A DNA stretch of 64,000 nt from the human T2T-CHM13v2.0 reference genome, Homo sapiens, in assembly GCF_009914755.1 (NCBI RefSeq), contig NC_060933.1, one strand, 5' to 3'. The translations under genes and the position numbers were made by a program. Below the pieces are notes generated by a model, which made no database searches, was not told the DNA's origin, and worked only from the letters and a program-made list of their open reading frames with translations. The stretch's first letter is position 1. The number at the start of each line of letters is the position of its first letter. Of the stretch, positions 23,701 through 38,700 are shown piece by piece.

Positions 23701-26700
23701 ATGCAATGGAATGGAATGGAATGGAATGGAATGGAATGGAATGCAAAGGAATGGAATCAACCCGAGTGGAATGGCATGGAATGGAATGCAATGGAATGGA
23801 ATGGAATGGAATCAACTCGAATGGAAAGGAATGGAATGGAATGGAAAGGAATGGAATGAAATCAACTCGAGTGGAATGGAATGGAATGGATTGGAATGGA
23901 TTGCAATGGAATGAAATGGAATGGAATGGAATATAATCAATCATTCCGAGTGGAATGGAAGGGAATGTAATGGAGTGGAAAGAAGGGAATGGAATCAACC
24001 CGATTGGAATGCAAGGCAATGGAATCGAATGGAAAGGAATGGAATGGAATCAACTCGATTGCAATGGAATGGAATGGAATGGAATGGAATGGAATGGAAT
24101 GGAATTAACCGGAATAGAATGGAATGCAATGGAATGGAACGGAATGGAATGGAATAGAAGGTAATGGAATCAACACGAGTGCAGGGGAATGGAATGGAAT
24201 GGAATGCAATGGAATGGAATCATCCGGAATGGAATGGAATGGAATGGAATCAACTCCATTGCAATGGAATGGAATGGAATGGAATGGAATAGAATGGAAT
24301 GGAATTAACCCGAATAGAATGGAATGCAATAGAATGGAATGGAACGGAACCGAATGGAGTGGAATGGAATGGAATGGAATCAACCTGAGTGCAGGGGAAT
24401 GGAATGGAATGGAATGCAACGGAATGGAATCATCCGGAATGGAATGGAATGGAATGGAATGGAATCAAACCGAGTGCAATGGAATGGAGTGAAATGGAAT
24501 GGAATGGAATGGAAACAACCAGAATGGATTGGAATATAATGGAGTGTAAGGGAATTGAATAGAATCAAAATGAATGTAATGAAATGGAATGGAACGGAAT
24601 GGAATGGAATGGAATGGAATGGAATGGAATGGAATGGAATGGAATCAAACCGAGTGGAATGGCATGGAATGGAATGCAATGGAATGGAATGGAATGGAAT
24701 GGAATGGTTCGGAATAGAATGGATTGGAACAAAATGGAATGGAATGGAATGGAATGGAATGGAATGGAATGGAATAGAATGGAATGGAATGGAATCAAGT
24801 CGGTTGCAGTGGAATAGAATGGAATGGAATGGAACGGATTGGAATGGAATGGAATGGAATGGAATGGAATTAAATGGAATGGAAAGGAATGGAATCAACC
24901 AGAGTGGAATGGAAGGGAATGGAATGGAATGGAAACTAATAGAATGGAATCAACCCGAGTGGAATGGAATGGAAAGGACTGGAATGGAATGGAATGGAAT
25001 GGAATGGAATCAACTCGATTGTAATGGAATGGAATGGAATGGAATGGAATGGAATTAACCTGAATACAATGGAATGGAATGGAATGGAACGGAATGGAGT
25101 GGAATGGAATGGAATCAACCCGAGTGCAGGGGAATGGAATGGAATGGAATGCAATGGAATGGAATCATCCGGAATGGAATGGAATGGAATGGAATGCAAA
25201 GCAATGGAATCAACTCGATTGCAATGGAATGGAATGGAATGGAAGGGAATACATTGGAATCAACCCGAGTGGAATGGAATGGAAAGGACTGGAATGGAGT
25301 GGAATGGAATGGAATGGAATCAACTCGATTGGAATGGAATGGAATGGAATGGAATGGAATGGAATGGAATTAACCCGAATAGAATGGAATGGAATGGAAT
25401 GGAATGGAATGGAATCAACGCGAGTGCAGGGGAATGGAATGGAATGGAAAGTAATGGAATGGAATCTTCCGGAATGGAATGGAATGGAATGGAATGGAAT
25501 GAAAGGCAATGGATTCAACTCGATTGCAATGCAATGGAATAGAATGAAAGGGAATGGAATGGAATGGAATGGAATTGAATGGAATGGAATGCCTTCAAAC
25601 CGAATGGAATGGAAAGGAATGGAATCAACACGAGTGGAAAGGAATGGAATGGAAAGGAATGGAAAGGAATGGAATGGTACCGAAATGAACGGAATGGAAC
25701 GAACTGGAATGGAATGGAATGGATTGGAATGGAATGGAATGGAATGGAATGGAATCGTTCCGAGTGGAATAGGAGGGAATGTATTCGAGTGGAATGGAAA
25801 GGAAAGGAATCAACCAGAGTGGAATGGAAGGGAATGGAATGGAATGGAAACTAATAGAATGGAATCAACCCGAGTGGAATGGAATGGAAAGGACTGGAAT
25901 GGAATGGAATGGAATGGAATGGAATGGAATGGAATCAACTCGATTGTAATGGAATGGAATGGAATGGAATGGAATGGAATGGAATGGAATGGAATTAACC
26001 CGAATACAATGGAATGGAATGGAATGGAACGGAATGGAGTGGAATGGAATGGAATCAACCCGAGTGTAATGGAATGGAAAGGACTGGAATGGAGTGGAAT
26101 GGAATGGAATGCAATGGAATGGAATCAACTCGATTGGAATGGAATGGAATGGAATGGAATGCAATGGAATGGAATCTTCCGGAATGGAATGGAATGGAAT
26201 GGAATGGAATGGAATGGAATGGAATAAACCCGAGTGCAATGGAATGGAGTGGAATGGAATGGAATGGTATGGAACAACCCGAATGGAATGGAATGTAATG
26301 GAGAGTAAGGGAGTTGAATAGAATCAATCCGAATGGAATGGAATGGAATGGAACGGAATGGAATTGAATGGAATGGAATGGAATGCAATGGAATGGAATC
26401 AACCCGAGTGCAATGGAATGGAGAGGAATGGAATGGAATGGAATGGAAACTACCCGAATGGAATGGAATGGAATGGAGTGTAAGGGAATTGAATAGAATC
26501 AATCCGAATGTAATGGAATGGAATGGAACGGAATGGAATGGAATGGAATGGAATGGAATGGAATGGAATGCAATGGAATGGAATCAACCCGAGTGCAATC
26601 GAATGGAATCGAATGGAATGGAATGCAATGGAATGGATTCAACTTGAATGGAATGGAAAGAATGGAATCAACACGAGTGGAAGGGCATGGATTGGAATGC

Positions 26701-29700
26701 AATGGAATGGAAACAACCCGAGTACAGGGGAATGGAATGGAATGGAATGCAATGGAATGGAATCATCCGTAATGGAATGGAAAGGAATGGAATGGAATGG
26801 AATGGAATGGAATGGAATGGAATGGAATGGAATGGAATGGAATGGAATCAACACGATTGCAATCGAATGGAATGGAATGGAATTAACCCGAATAGAATGG
26901 AATGGAACGGAACGGAATGGAATGGAATGGAATGGAATGGAATGGAATGGAACGGAACGGAATGGAATGGAATGGAATGGAATGGAATGGAATGGAATGG
27001 AATCAACGCGAGTGCAGGGGAATGGAATGGAATGGAATGCAATGGAATGGAATCTTCCGGAATGGAATGGAATAGAATGGAATGGAATGGAATGGAATGG
27101 AATCAACCCGAGTACAGGGGAATGGAATGGAAGGTAATGCAATGGAAAGGAATCATCCGTAATGGAATGGAAAGGAATGGAATGGAATGGAATGGAATGG
27201 AATGGAATGGAATGGAATCAACTCGATTGCAATCGAATGGAATGGAATCGAATTAACCCGAATAGAATGGAATGGAATGGAATGGAACGGAACGGAACGG
27301 AACGGAATGGAATGGAATGGAATGGAATCGAATGGAATGGAACGGAAAGGAATGGAATTGAATGGAATGGAATGGAATGGAATGGAATGGAATCAACGCG
27401 AGTGCAGGGGAATGGAATGGAATGGAATGCAATGGAATGGAATCTTCCGGAATGGAATGGAATGGAATGGAATGGAATGGAATGGAATAAACCCGAGTGC
27501 AATGGAATGGAGGGGAATGGAATGGAATGGAATGGAACAACCCGAATGGAATGGAATGTAATGGACTGTAAGGGAGTTGAATAGAGTCAATCCGAATGTA
27601 ATGGAATGGAATGGAACGGAATGGAATTGAATGGAATGGAATGGAATGCAATGGAATGGAATCAACCCGAGTGCAATGGAATGGAGAGGAATGGAATGGA
27701 ATGGAATGGAAACTACCCGAATGGAATGGAATGTAATGGAGTGTAAGGGATTGAATAGAATCAATCCGAATGTAATGGAATGGAATGGAACGGAATGGAA
27801 TGGAATGGAATGGAATGGAATGGAATGGAATGCAATGGAATGGAATCAACCCGAGTGCAATCGAATGGAATCGAATGGAATGGAATACAATGGAATGGAT
27901 TCAACTTGAATGGAATGGAAAGAATGGAATCAACACGAGTGGAAGGGCATGGATTGGAATGCAATGGAATGGAATCAACCCGAGTACAGGGGAATGGAAT
28001 GGAATGGAATGCAATGGAATGGAATCATCCGTAATGGAATGGAAAGGAATGGAATGGAATGGAATGGAATGGAATGGAATGGAATGGAATGGAATCAACA
28101 CGATTGCAATCGAATGGAATGGAATGGAATTAACCCAAATAGAATGGAATGGAATGGAATGAAACGGAATGGAATGGAATGGAATGGAATGGAATGGAAT
28201 GGAATGGAACGGAACAGAAAGGAATGGAATGGAATGGAATGGAATGGAATGGAATCAACGCGAGTGCAGGGGAATGGCATGGATTGGAATGCAACGGAAT
28301 GGAATCTTCCGGAATGGAATGGAATGGAATGGAATGAAATGCAATGGATTCAACTCGATTGCAATGGAATGGAATAGAATGGAATGGAATGGAATGGAAT
28401 GGGATTAACCCGAATAGAATGCAATGGAATGGAATGGAACGGAGTGGAACGGAATGGAATGGAATGGAATGGAATGGAATGAAATGGAATGGTATGGAAT
28501 GGAATGGTACGGAATAGAATGGAATGGAACGAATTGTAATGGAATGGAATTGAATGGAATGGAATGGAATGGAATGGAATTAACGCGAGTGCAGGGGAAT
28601 GTAATGGAACGGAATGCAATGGAATGGAATCATCCGGAATGGAATGGAATGGAATGGAATGGAATGGAATCAACCCGAGTGCAATGGAATGGAGTGGAAT
28701 GGAATGGAATGGAATGGAATCAACGCGAGTGCAGGGGAATGGAATGGAATGGAATGCAATGGAATGGAATCTTCCGGAATGGAATGGAATGGAATGGAAT
28801 GGAATGGAATGGAATAGAATCAACCCGAGTGCAATGGAATGGAGTGGAATGGAATGGAATGGAATGGAACAACCCGAATGGAATGGAATGTAATGGAGAC
28901 TAAGGGAGATGAATAGAATCAATTAGAATGTAATGGAATGGAATGGAACGGAATGGAATTGAATGGAATGGAATGGAATGCAATGGAATGGAATCAACCC
29001 GAGTGCAATAGAATGGAGAGGAATGGAATGGAATGGAAAGGAAACTACCCGAATGGAATGGAATGTAATGGAGTGTAAGGGAATTGAATAGAATCAATCC
29101 GAATGTAATGGAATGGAATGGAACGGAATGGAATGGAATGGAATGGAATGGAATGGAATGGAATGGAATGCAATGGAATGGAATCAACCCGAGTGCAATC
29201 GAATGGAATCGAATTGAATGGAATGCAATGGAATGGATTCAACTTGAATGGAATGGAAAGAATGGAATCAACACGAGTGGAAGGGCATGGATTGGAATGC
29301 AATGGAATGGAAACAACCCGAGTACAGGGGAATGGAATGGAATGGAATGCAATGGAATGGAATCATCCGTAATGGAATGGAAAGGAATGGAATGGAATGG
29401 AATGGAATGGAATTAACCCGAATAGAATGGAATGGAATGGAATGGAACGGAATGGAACGGAATGGAATGGCATGGAATGGAATGGAATGGAATGGTATGG
29501 AATGGAATGGAATGGTAGGGAATAGAATGGAATGGAACGAATTGTAATGGAATGGAATGGAATGGAATGGAATGGAATGGAATGGAATGGAATGGAATGG
29601 AATCAACGCGAGTGCAGGGGAATGTAATGGAACGGAATGCAATGGAATGGAATCATCCGGAATGGAATGGAATGGAATGGAATGGAATGGAATGGAATCA

Positions 29701-32700
29701 ACCCGAGTGCAATGGAATGGAGTGGAATGGAATGGAATGGAATGGAACAACCCGAATGGAATGGAATGTAATGGAGAGTAAGGGAGTTGAATAGAATCAA
29801 TCGGAATGTAATGGAATGGAATGCAACGGAATGCAATGGAATGGAATGGAATGGAATGGAATGGAATGGAATGCAAAGGAATGGAATCAACCCGAGTGGA
29901 ATGGCATGGAATGGAATGCAATGGAATGGAATGGAATGGAATCAACTCGAATGGAAAGGAATGGAATGGAATGGAAAGGAATGGAATGAAATCAACTCGA
30001 GTGGAATGGAATGGAATGGATTGGAATGGATTGCAATGGAATGAAATGGAATGGAATGGAATATAATCAATCATTCCGAGTGGAATGGAAGGGAATGTAA
30101 TGGAGTGGAAAGAAGGGAATGGAATCAACCCGATTGGAATGCAAGGCAATGGAATCGAATGGAAAGGAATGGAATGGAATCAACTCGATTGCAATGGAAT
30201 GGAATGGAATGGAATGGAATGGAATGGAATGGAATGGAATTAACCGGAATAGAATGGAATGCAATGGAATGGAACGGAATGGAATGGAATAGAAGGTAAT
30301 GGAATCAACACGAGTGCAGGGGAATGGAATGGAATGGAATGCAATGGAATGGAATCATCCGGAATGGAATGGAATGGAATGGAATCAACTCCATTGCAAT
30401 GGAATGGAATGGAATGGAATGGAATAGAATGGAATGGAATTAACCCGAATAGAATGGAATGCAATAGAATGGAATGGAACGGAACCGAATGGAGTGGAAT
30501 GGAATGGAATGGAATCAACCTGAGTGCAGGGGAATGGAATGGAATGGAATGCAACGGAATGGAATCATCCGGAATGGAATGGAATGGAATGGAATGGAAT
30601 CAAACCGAGTGCAATGGAATGGAGTGAAATGGAATGGAATGGAATGGAAACAACCAGAATGGATTGGAATATAATGGAGTGTAAGGGAATTGAATAGAAT
30701 CAAAATGAATGTAATGAAATGGAATGGAACGGAATGGAATGGAATGGAATGGAATGGAATGGAATGGAATGGAATGGAATCAAACCGAGTGGAATGGCAT
30801 GGAATGGAATGCAATGGAATGGAATGGAATGGAATGGAATGGTTCGGAATAGAATGGATTGGAACAAAATGGAATGGAATGGAATGGAATGGAATGGAAT
30901 GGAATGGAATAGAATGGAATGGAATGGAATCAAGTCGGTTGCAGTGGAATAGAATGGAATGGAATGGAACGGAGTGGAATGGAATGGAATGGAATGGAAT
31001 GGAATTAAATGGAATGGAAAGGAATGGAATCAACCAGAGTGGAATGGAAGGGAATGGAATGGAATGGAAACTAATAGAATGGAATCAACCCGAGTGGAAT
31101 GGAATGGAAAGGACTGGAATGGAATGGAATGGAATGGAATGGAATGGAATCAACTCGATTGTAATGGAATGGAATGGAATGGAATGGAATGGAATTAACC
31201 TGAATACAATGGAATGGAATGGAATGGAACGGAATGGAGTGGAATGGAATGGAATCAACCCGAGTGCAGGGGAATGGAATGGAATGGAATGCAATGGAAT
31301 GGAATCATCCGGAATGGAATGGAATGGAATGGAATGCAAAGCAATGGAATCAACTCGATTGCAATGGAATGGAATGGAATGGAAGGGAATACATTGGAAT
31401 CAACCCGAGTGGAATGGAATGGAAAGGACTGGAATGGAGTGGAATGGAATGGAATGGAATCAACTCGATTGGAATGGAATGGAATGGAATGGAATGGAAT
31501 GGAATGGAATTAACCCGAATAGAATGGAATGGAATGGAATGGAATGGAATGGAATCAACGCGAGTGCAGGGGAATGGAATGGAATGGAAAGTAATGGAAT
31601 GGAATCTTCCGGAATGGAATGGAATGGAATGGAATGGAATGAAAGGCAATGGATTCAACTCGATTGCAATGCAATGGAATAGAATGGAAGGGAATGGAAT
31701 GGAATGGAATGGAATTGAATGGAATGGAATGCCTTCAAACCGAATGGAATGGAAAGGAATGGAATCAACACGAGTGGAAAGGAATGGAATGGAAAGGAAT
31801 GGAAAGGAATGGAATGGTACCGAATAGAACGGAATGGAACGAACTGGAATGGAATGGAATGGATTGGAATGGAATGGAATGGAATGGAATGGAATCGTTC
31901 CGAGTGGAATAGGAGGGAATGTATTCGAGTGGAATGGAAAGGAAAGGAATCAACCAGAGTGGAATGGAAGGGAATGGAATGGAATGGAAACTAATAGAAT
32001 GGAATCAACCCGAGTGGAATGGAATGGAAAGGACTGGAATGGAATGGAATGGAATGGAATGGAATGGAATGGAATCAACTCGATTGTAATGGAATGGAAT
32101 GGAATGGAATGGAATGGAATGGAATGGAATGGAATGGAATTAACCCGAATACAATGGAATGGAATGGAATGGAACGGAATGGAGTGGAATGGAATGGAAT
32201 CAACCCGAGTGTAATGGAATGGAAAGGACTGGAATGGAGTGGAATGGAATGGAATGCAATGGAATGGAATCAACTCGATTGGAATGGAATGGAATGGAAT
32301 GCAATGGAATGGAATCTTCCGGAATGGAATGGAATGGAATGGAATGGAATGGAATGGAATGGAATAAACCCGAGTGCAATGGAATGGAGTGGAATGGAAT
32401 GGAATGGTATGGAACAACCCGAATGGAATGGAATGTAATGGAGAGTAAGGGAGTTGAATAGAATCAATCCGAATGGAATGGAATGGAATGGAACGGAATG
32501 GAATTGAATGGAATGGAATGGAATGCAATGGAATGGAATCAACCCGAGTGCAATGGAATGGAGAGGAATGGAATGGAATGGAATGGAAACTACCCGAATG
32601 GAATGGAATGGAATGGAGTGTAAGGGAATTGAATAGAATCAATCCAAATGTAATGGAATGGAATGGAACGGAATGGAATGGAATGGAATGGAATGGAATG

Positions 32701-35700
32701 GAATGGAATGCAATGGAATGGAATCAACCCGAGTGCAATCGAATGGAATCGAATGGAATGGAATGCAATGGAATGGATTCAACTTGAATGGAATGGAAAG
32801 AATGGAATCAACACGAGTGGAAGGGCATGGATTGGAATGCAATGGAATGGAAACAACCCGAGTACAGGGGAATGGAATGGAATGGAATGCAATGGAATGG
32901 AATCATCCGTAATGGAATGGAAAGGAATGGAATGGAATGGAATGGAATGGAATGGAATGGAATGGAATGGAATCAACACGATTGCAATCGAATGGAATGG
33001 AATGGAATTAACCCGAATAGAATGGAATGGAACGGAACGGAATGGAATGGAATGGAATGGAATGGAATGGAACGGAACGGAATGGAATGGAATGGAATGG
33101 AATGGAATGGAATGGAATGGAATCAACGCGAGTGCAGGGGAATGGAATGGAATGGAATGCAATGGAATGGAATCTTCCGGAATGGAATGGAATAGAATGG
33201 AATGGAATGGAATGGAATGGAATCAACCCGAGTACAGGGGAATGGAATGGAAGGTAATGCAATGGAAAGGAATCATCCGTAATGCAATGGAAAGGAATGG
33301 AATGGAATGGAATGGAATGGAATGGAATGGAATGGAATCAAATCAATTGCAATCGAATGGAATGGAATCGAATTAACCCGAATAGAATGGAATGGAATGG
33401 AATGGAACGGAACGGAACGGAACGGAATGGAATGGAATGGAATGGAATCGAATGGAATGGAACGGAAAGGAATGGAATTGAATGGAATGGAATGGAATGG
33501 AATGGAATGGAATCAACGCGAGTGCAGGGGAATGGAATGGAATGGAATGCAATGGAATGGAATCTTCCGGAATGGAATGGAATGGAATGGAATGGAATGG
33601 AATGGAATGGAATAAACCCGAGTGCAATGGAATGGAGGGGAATGGAATGGAATGGAATGGAACAACCCGAATGGAATGGAATGTAATGGACTGTAAGGGA
33701 GTTGAATAGAGTCAATCCGAATGTAATGGAATGGAATGGAACGGAATGGAATTGAATGGAATGGAATGGAATGCAATGGAATGGAATCAACCCGAGTGCA
33801 ATGGAATGGAGAGGAATGGAATGGAAACTACCCGAATGGAATGGAATGTAATGGAGTGTAAGGGATTGAATAGAATCAATCCGAATGTAATGGAATGGAA
33901 TGGAACGGAATGGAATGGAATGGAATGGAATGGAATGGAATGGAATGCAATGGAATGGAATCAACCCGAGTGCAATCGAATGGAATCGAATGGAATGGAA
34001 TACAATGGAATGGATTCAACTTGAATGGAATGGAAAGAATGGAATCAACACGAGTGGAAGGGCATGGATTGGAATGCAATGGAATGGAATCAACCCGAGT
34101 ACAGGGGAATGGAATGGAATGGAATGCAATGGAATGGAATCATCCGTAATGGAATGGAAAGGAATGGAATGGAATGGAATGGAATGGAATGGAATGGAAT
34201 GGAATGGAATCAACACGATTGCAATCGAATGGAATGGAATGGAATTAACCCAAATAGAATGGAATGGAATGGAATGAAACGGAATGGAATGGAATGGAAT
34301 GGAATGGAATGGAATGGAATGGAACGGAACAGAAAGGAATGGAATGGAATGGAATGGAATGGAATGGAATCAACGCGAGTGCAGGGGAATGGCATGGATT
34401 GGAATGCAACGGAATGGAATCTTCCGGAATGGAATGGAATGGAATGGAATGAAATGCAATGGATTCAACTCGATTGCAATGGAATGGAATAGAATGGAAT
34501 GGAATGGAATGGAATGGGATTAACCCGAATAGAATGCAATGGAATGGAATGGAACGGAGTGGAACGGAATGGAATGGAATGGAATGGAATGGAATGAAAT
34601 GGAATGGTATGGAATGGAATGGTACGGAATAGAATGGAATGGAACGAATTGTAATGGAATGGAATTGAATGGAATGGAATGGAATGGAATGGAATTAACG
34701 CGAGTGCAGGGGAATGTAATGGAACGGAATGCAATGGAATGGAATCATCCGGAATGGAATGGAATGGAATGGAATGGAATGGAATCAACCCGAGTGCAAT
34801 GGAATGGAGTGGAATGGAATGGAATGGAATGGAATCAACGCGAGTGCAGGGGAATGGAATGGAATGGAATGCAATGGAATGGAATCTTCCGGAATGGAAT
34901 GGAATGGAATGGAATGGAATGGAATGGAATAGAATCAACCCGAGTGCAATGGAATGGAGTGGAATGGAATGGAATGGAATGGAACAACCCGAATGGAATG
35001 GAATGTAATGGAGACTAAGGGAGATGAATAGAATCAATTAGAATGTAATGGAATGGAATGGAACGGAATGGAATTGAATGGAATGGAATGGAATGCAATG
35101 GAATGGAATCAACCCGAGTGCAATAGAATGGAGAGGAATGGAATGGAATGGAATGGAAACTACCCGAATGGAATGGAATGTAATGGAGTGTAAGGGAATT
35201 GAATAGAATCAATCCGAATGTAATGGAATGGAATGGAACGGAATGGAATGGAATGGAATGGAATGGAATGGAATGGAATGGAATGCAATGGAATGGAATC
35301 AACCCGAGTGCAATCGAATGGAATCGAATTGAATGGAATGCAATGGAATGGATTCAACTTGAATGGAATGGAAAGAATGGAATCAACACGAGTGGAAGGG
35401 CATGGATTGGAATGCAATGGAATGGAAACAACCCGAGTACAGGGGAATGGAATGGAATGGAATGCAATGGAATGGAATCATCCGTAATGGAATGGAAAGG
35501 AATGGAATGGAATGGAATGGAATGGAATGGAATTAACCCGAATAGAATGGAATGGAATGGAATGGAACGGAATGGAACGGAATGGAATGGCATGGAATGG
35601 AATGGAATGGAATGGTATGGAATGGAATGGAATGGTAGGGAATAGAATGGAATGGAACGAATTGTAATGGAATGGAATGGAATGGAATGGAATGGAATGG

Positions 35701-38700
35701 AATGGAATGGAATGGAATCAACGCGAGTGCAGGGGAATGTAATGGAACGGAATGCAATGGAATGGAATCATCCGGAATGGAATGGAATGGAATGGAATGG
35801 AATGGAATGGAATCAACCCGAGTGCAATGGAATGGAGTGGAATGGAATGGAATGGAATGGAACAACCCGAATGGAATGGAATGTAATGGAGAGTAAGGGA
35901 GTTGAATAGAATCAATCGGAATGTAATGGAATGGAATGCAACGGAATGCAATGGAATGGAATGGAATGGAATGGAATGGAATGGAATGCAAAGGAATGGA
36001 ATCAACCCGAGTGGAATGGCATGGAATGGAATGCAATGGAATGGAATGGAATGGAATCAACTCGAATGGAAAGGAATGGAATGGAATGGAAAGGAATGGA
36101 ATGAAATCAACTCGAGTGGAATGGAATGGAATGGATTGGAATGGATTGCAATGGAATGAAATGGAATGGAATGGAATATAATCAATCATTCCGAGTGGAA
36201 TGGAAGGGAATGTAATGGAGTGGAAAGAAGGGAATGGAATCAACCCGATTGGAATGCAAGGCAATGGAATCGAATGGAAAGGAATGGAATGGAATCAACT
36301 CGATTGCAATGGAATGGAATGGAATGGAATGGAATGGAATGGAATGGAATGGAATTAACCGGAATAGAATGGAATGCAATGGAATGGAACTGAATGGAAT
36401 GGAATAGAAGGTAATGGAATCAACACGAGTGCAGGGGAATGGAATGGAATGGAATGCAATGGAATGGAATCATCCGGAATGGAATGGAATGGAATGGAAT
36501 CAACTCCATTGCAATGGAATGGAATGGAATGGAATGGAATAGAATGGAATGGAATTAACCCGAATAGAATGGATGCAATAGAATGGAATGGAACGGAACC
36601 GAATGGAGTGGAATGGAATGGAATGGAATCAACCTGAGTGCAGGGGAATGGAATGGAATGGAATGCAACGGAATGGAATCATCCGGAATGGAATGGAATG
36701 GAATGGAATGGAATCAAACCGAGTGCAATGGAATGGAGTGAAATGGAATGGAATGGAATGGAAACAACCAGAATGGATTGGAATATAATGGAGTGTAAGG
36801 GAATTGAATAGAATCAAAATGAATGTAATGAAATGGAATGGAACGGAATGGAATGGAATGGAATGGAATGGAATGGAATGGAATGGAATGGAATGGAATC
36901 AAACCGAGTGGAATGGCATGGAATGGAATGCAATGGAATGGAATGGAATGGAATGGAATGGTTCGGAATAGAATGGATTGGAACAAAATGGAATGGAATG
37001 GAATGGAATGGAATGGAATGGAATGGAATAGAATGGAATGGAATGGAATCAAGTCGGTTGCAGTGGAATAGAATGGAATGGAATGGAACGGAGTGGAATG
37101 GAATGGAATGGAATGGAATGGAATTAAATGGAATGGAAAGGAATGGAATCAACCAGAGTGGAATGGAAGGGAATGGAATGGAATGGAAACTAATAGAATG
37201 GAATCAACCCGAGTGGAATGGAATGGAAAGGACTGGAATGGAATGGAATGGAATGGAATGGAATGGAATCAACTCGATTGTAATGGAATGGAATGGAATG
37301 GAATGGAATGGAATTAACCTGAATACAATGGAATGGAATGGAATGGAACGGAATGGAGTGGAATGGAATGGAATCAACCCGAGTGCAGGGGAATGGAATG
37401 GAATGGAATGCAATGGAATGGAATCATCCGGAATGGAATGGAATGGAATGGAATGCAAAGCAATGGAATCAACTCGATTGCAATGGAATGGAATGGAATG
37501 GAAGGGAATACATTGGAATCAACCCGAGTGGAATGGAATGGAAAGGACTGGAATGGAGTGGAATGGAATGGAATGGAATCAACTCGATTGGAATGGAATG
37601 GAATGGAATGGAATGGAATGGAATGGAATTAACCCGAATAGAATGGAATGGAATGGAATGGAATGGAATGGAATCAACGCGAGTGCAGGGGAATGGAATG
37701 GAATGGAAAGTAATGGAATGGAATCTTCCGGAATGGAATGGAATGGAATGGAATGGAATGAAAGGCAATGGATTCAACTCGATTGCAATGCAATGGAATA
37801 GAATGGAAGGGAATGGAATGGAATGGAATGGAATTGAATGGAATGGAATGCCTTCAAACCGAATGGAATGGAAAGGAATGGAATCAACACGAGTGGAAAG
37901 GAATGGAATGGAAAGGAATGGAAAGGAATGGAATGGTACCGAATAGAACGGAATGGAACGAACTGGAATGGAATGGAATGGATTGGAATGGAATGGAATG
38001 GAATGGAATGGAATCGTTCCGAGTGGAATAGGAGGGAATGTATTCGAGTGGAATGGAAAGGAAAGGAATCAACCAGAGTGGAATGGAAGGGAATGGAATG
38101 GAATGGAAACTAATAGAATGGAATCAACCCGAGTGGAATGGAATGGAAAGGACTGGAATGGAATGGAATGGAATGGAATGGAATGGAATGGAATCAACTC
38201 GATTGTAATGGAATGGAATGGAATGGAATGGAATGGAATGGAATGGAATGGAATTAACCCGAATACAATGGAATGGAATGGAATGGAACGGAATGGAGTG
38301 GAATGGAATGGAATCAACCCGAGTGTAATGGAATGGAAAGGACTGGAATGGAGTGGAATGGAATGGAATGCAATGGAATGGAATCAACTCGATTGGAATG
38401 GAATGGAATGGAATGGAATGCAATGGAATGGAATCTTCCGGAATGGAATGGAATGGAATGGAATGGAATGGAATGGAATGGAATAAACCCGAGTGCAATG
38501 GAATGGAGTGGAATGGAATGGAATGGTATGGAACAACCCGAATGGAATGGAATGTAATGGAGAGTAAGGGAGTTGAATAGAATCAATCCGAATGGAATGG
38601 AATGGAATGGAACGGAATGGAATTGAATGGAATGGAATGGAATGCAATGGAATGGAATCAACCCGAGTGCAATGGAATGGAGAGGAATGGAATGGAATGG

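Noticed and set aside
23931-23946. TATAAT / TAATCAATCA as a TATA box or DUX4 site
   Set aside because: It is one base short of the 11-bp DUX4 consensus, is a poor TATA match, and is explained by point variants of the pentamer.
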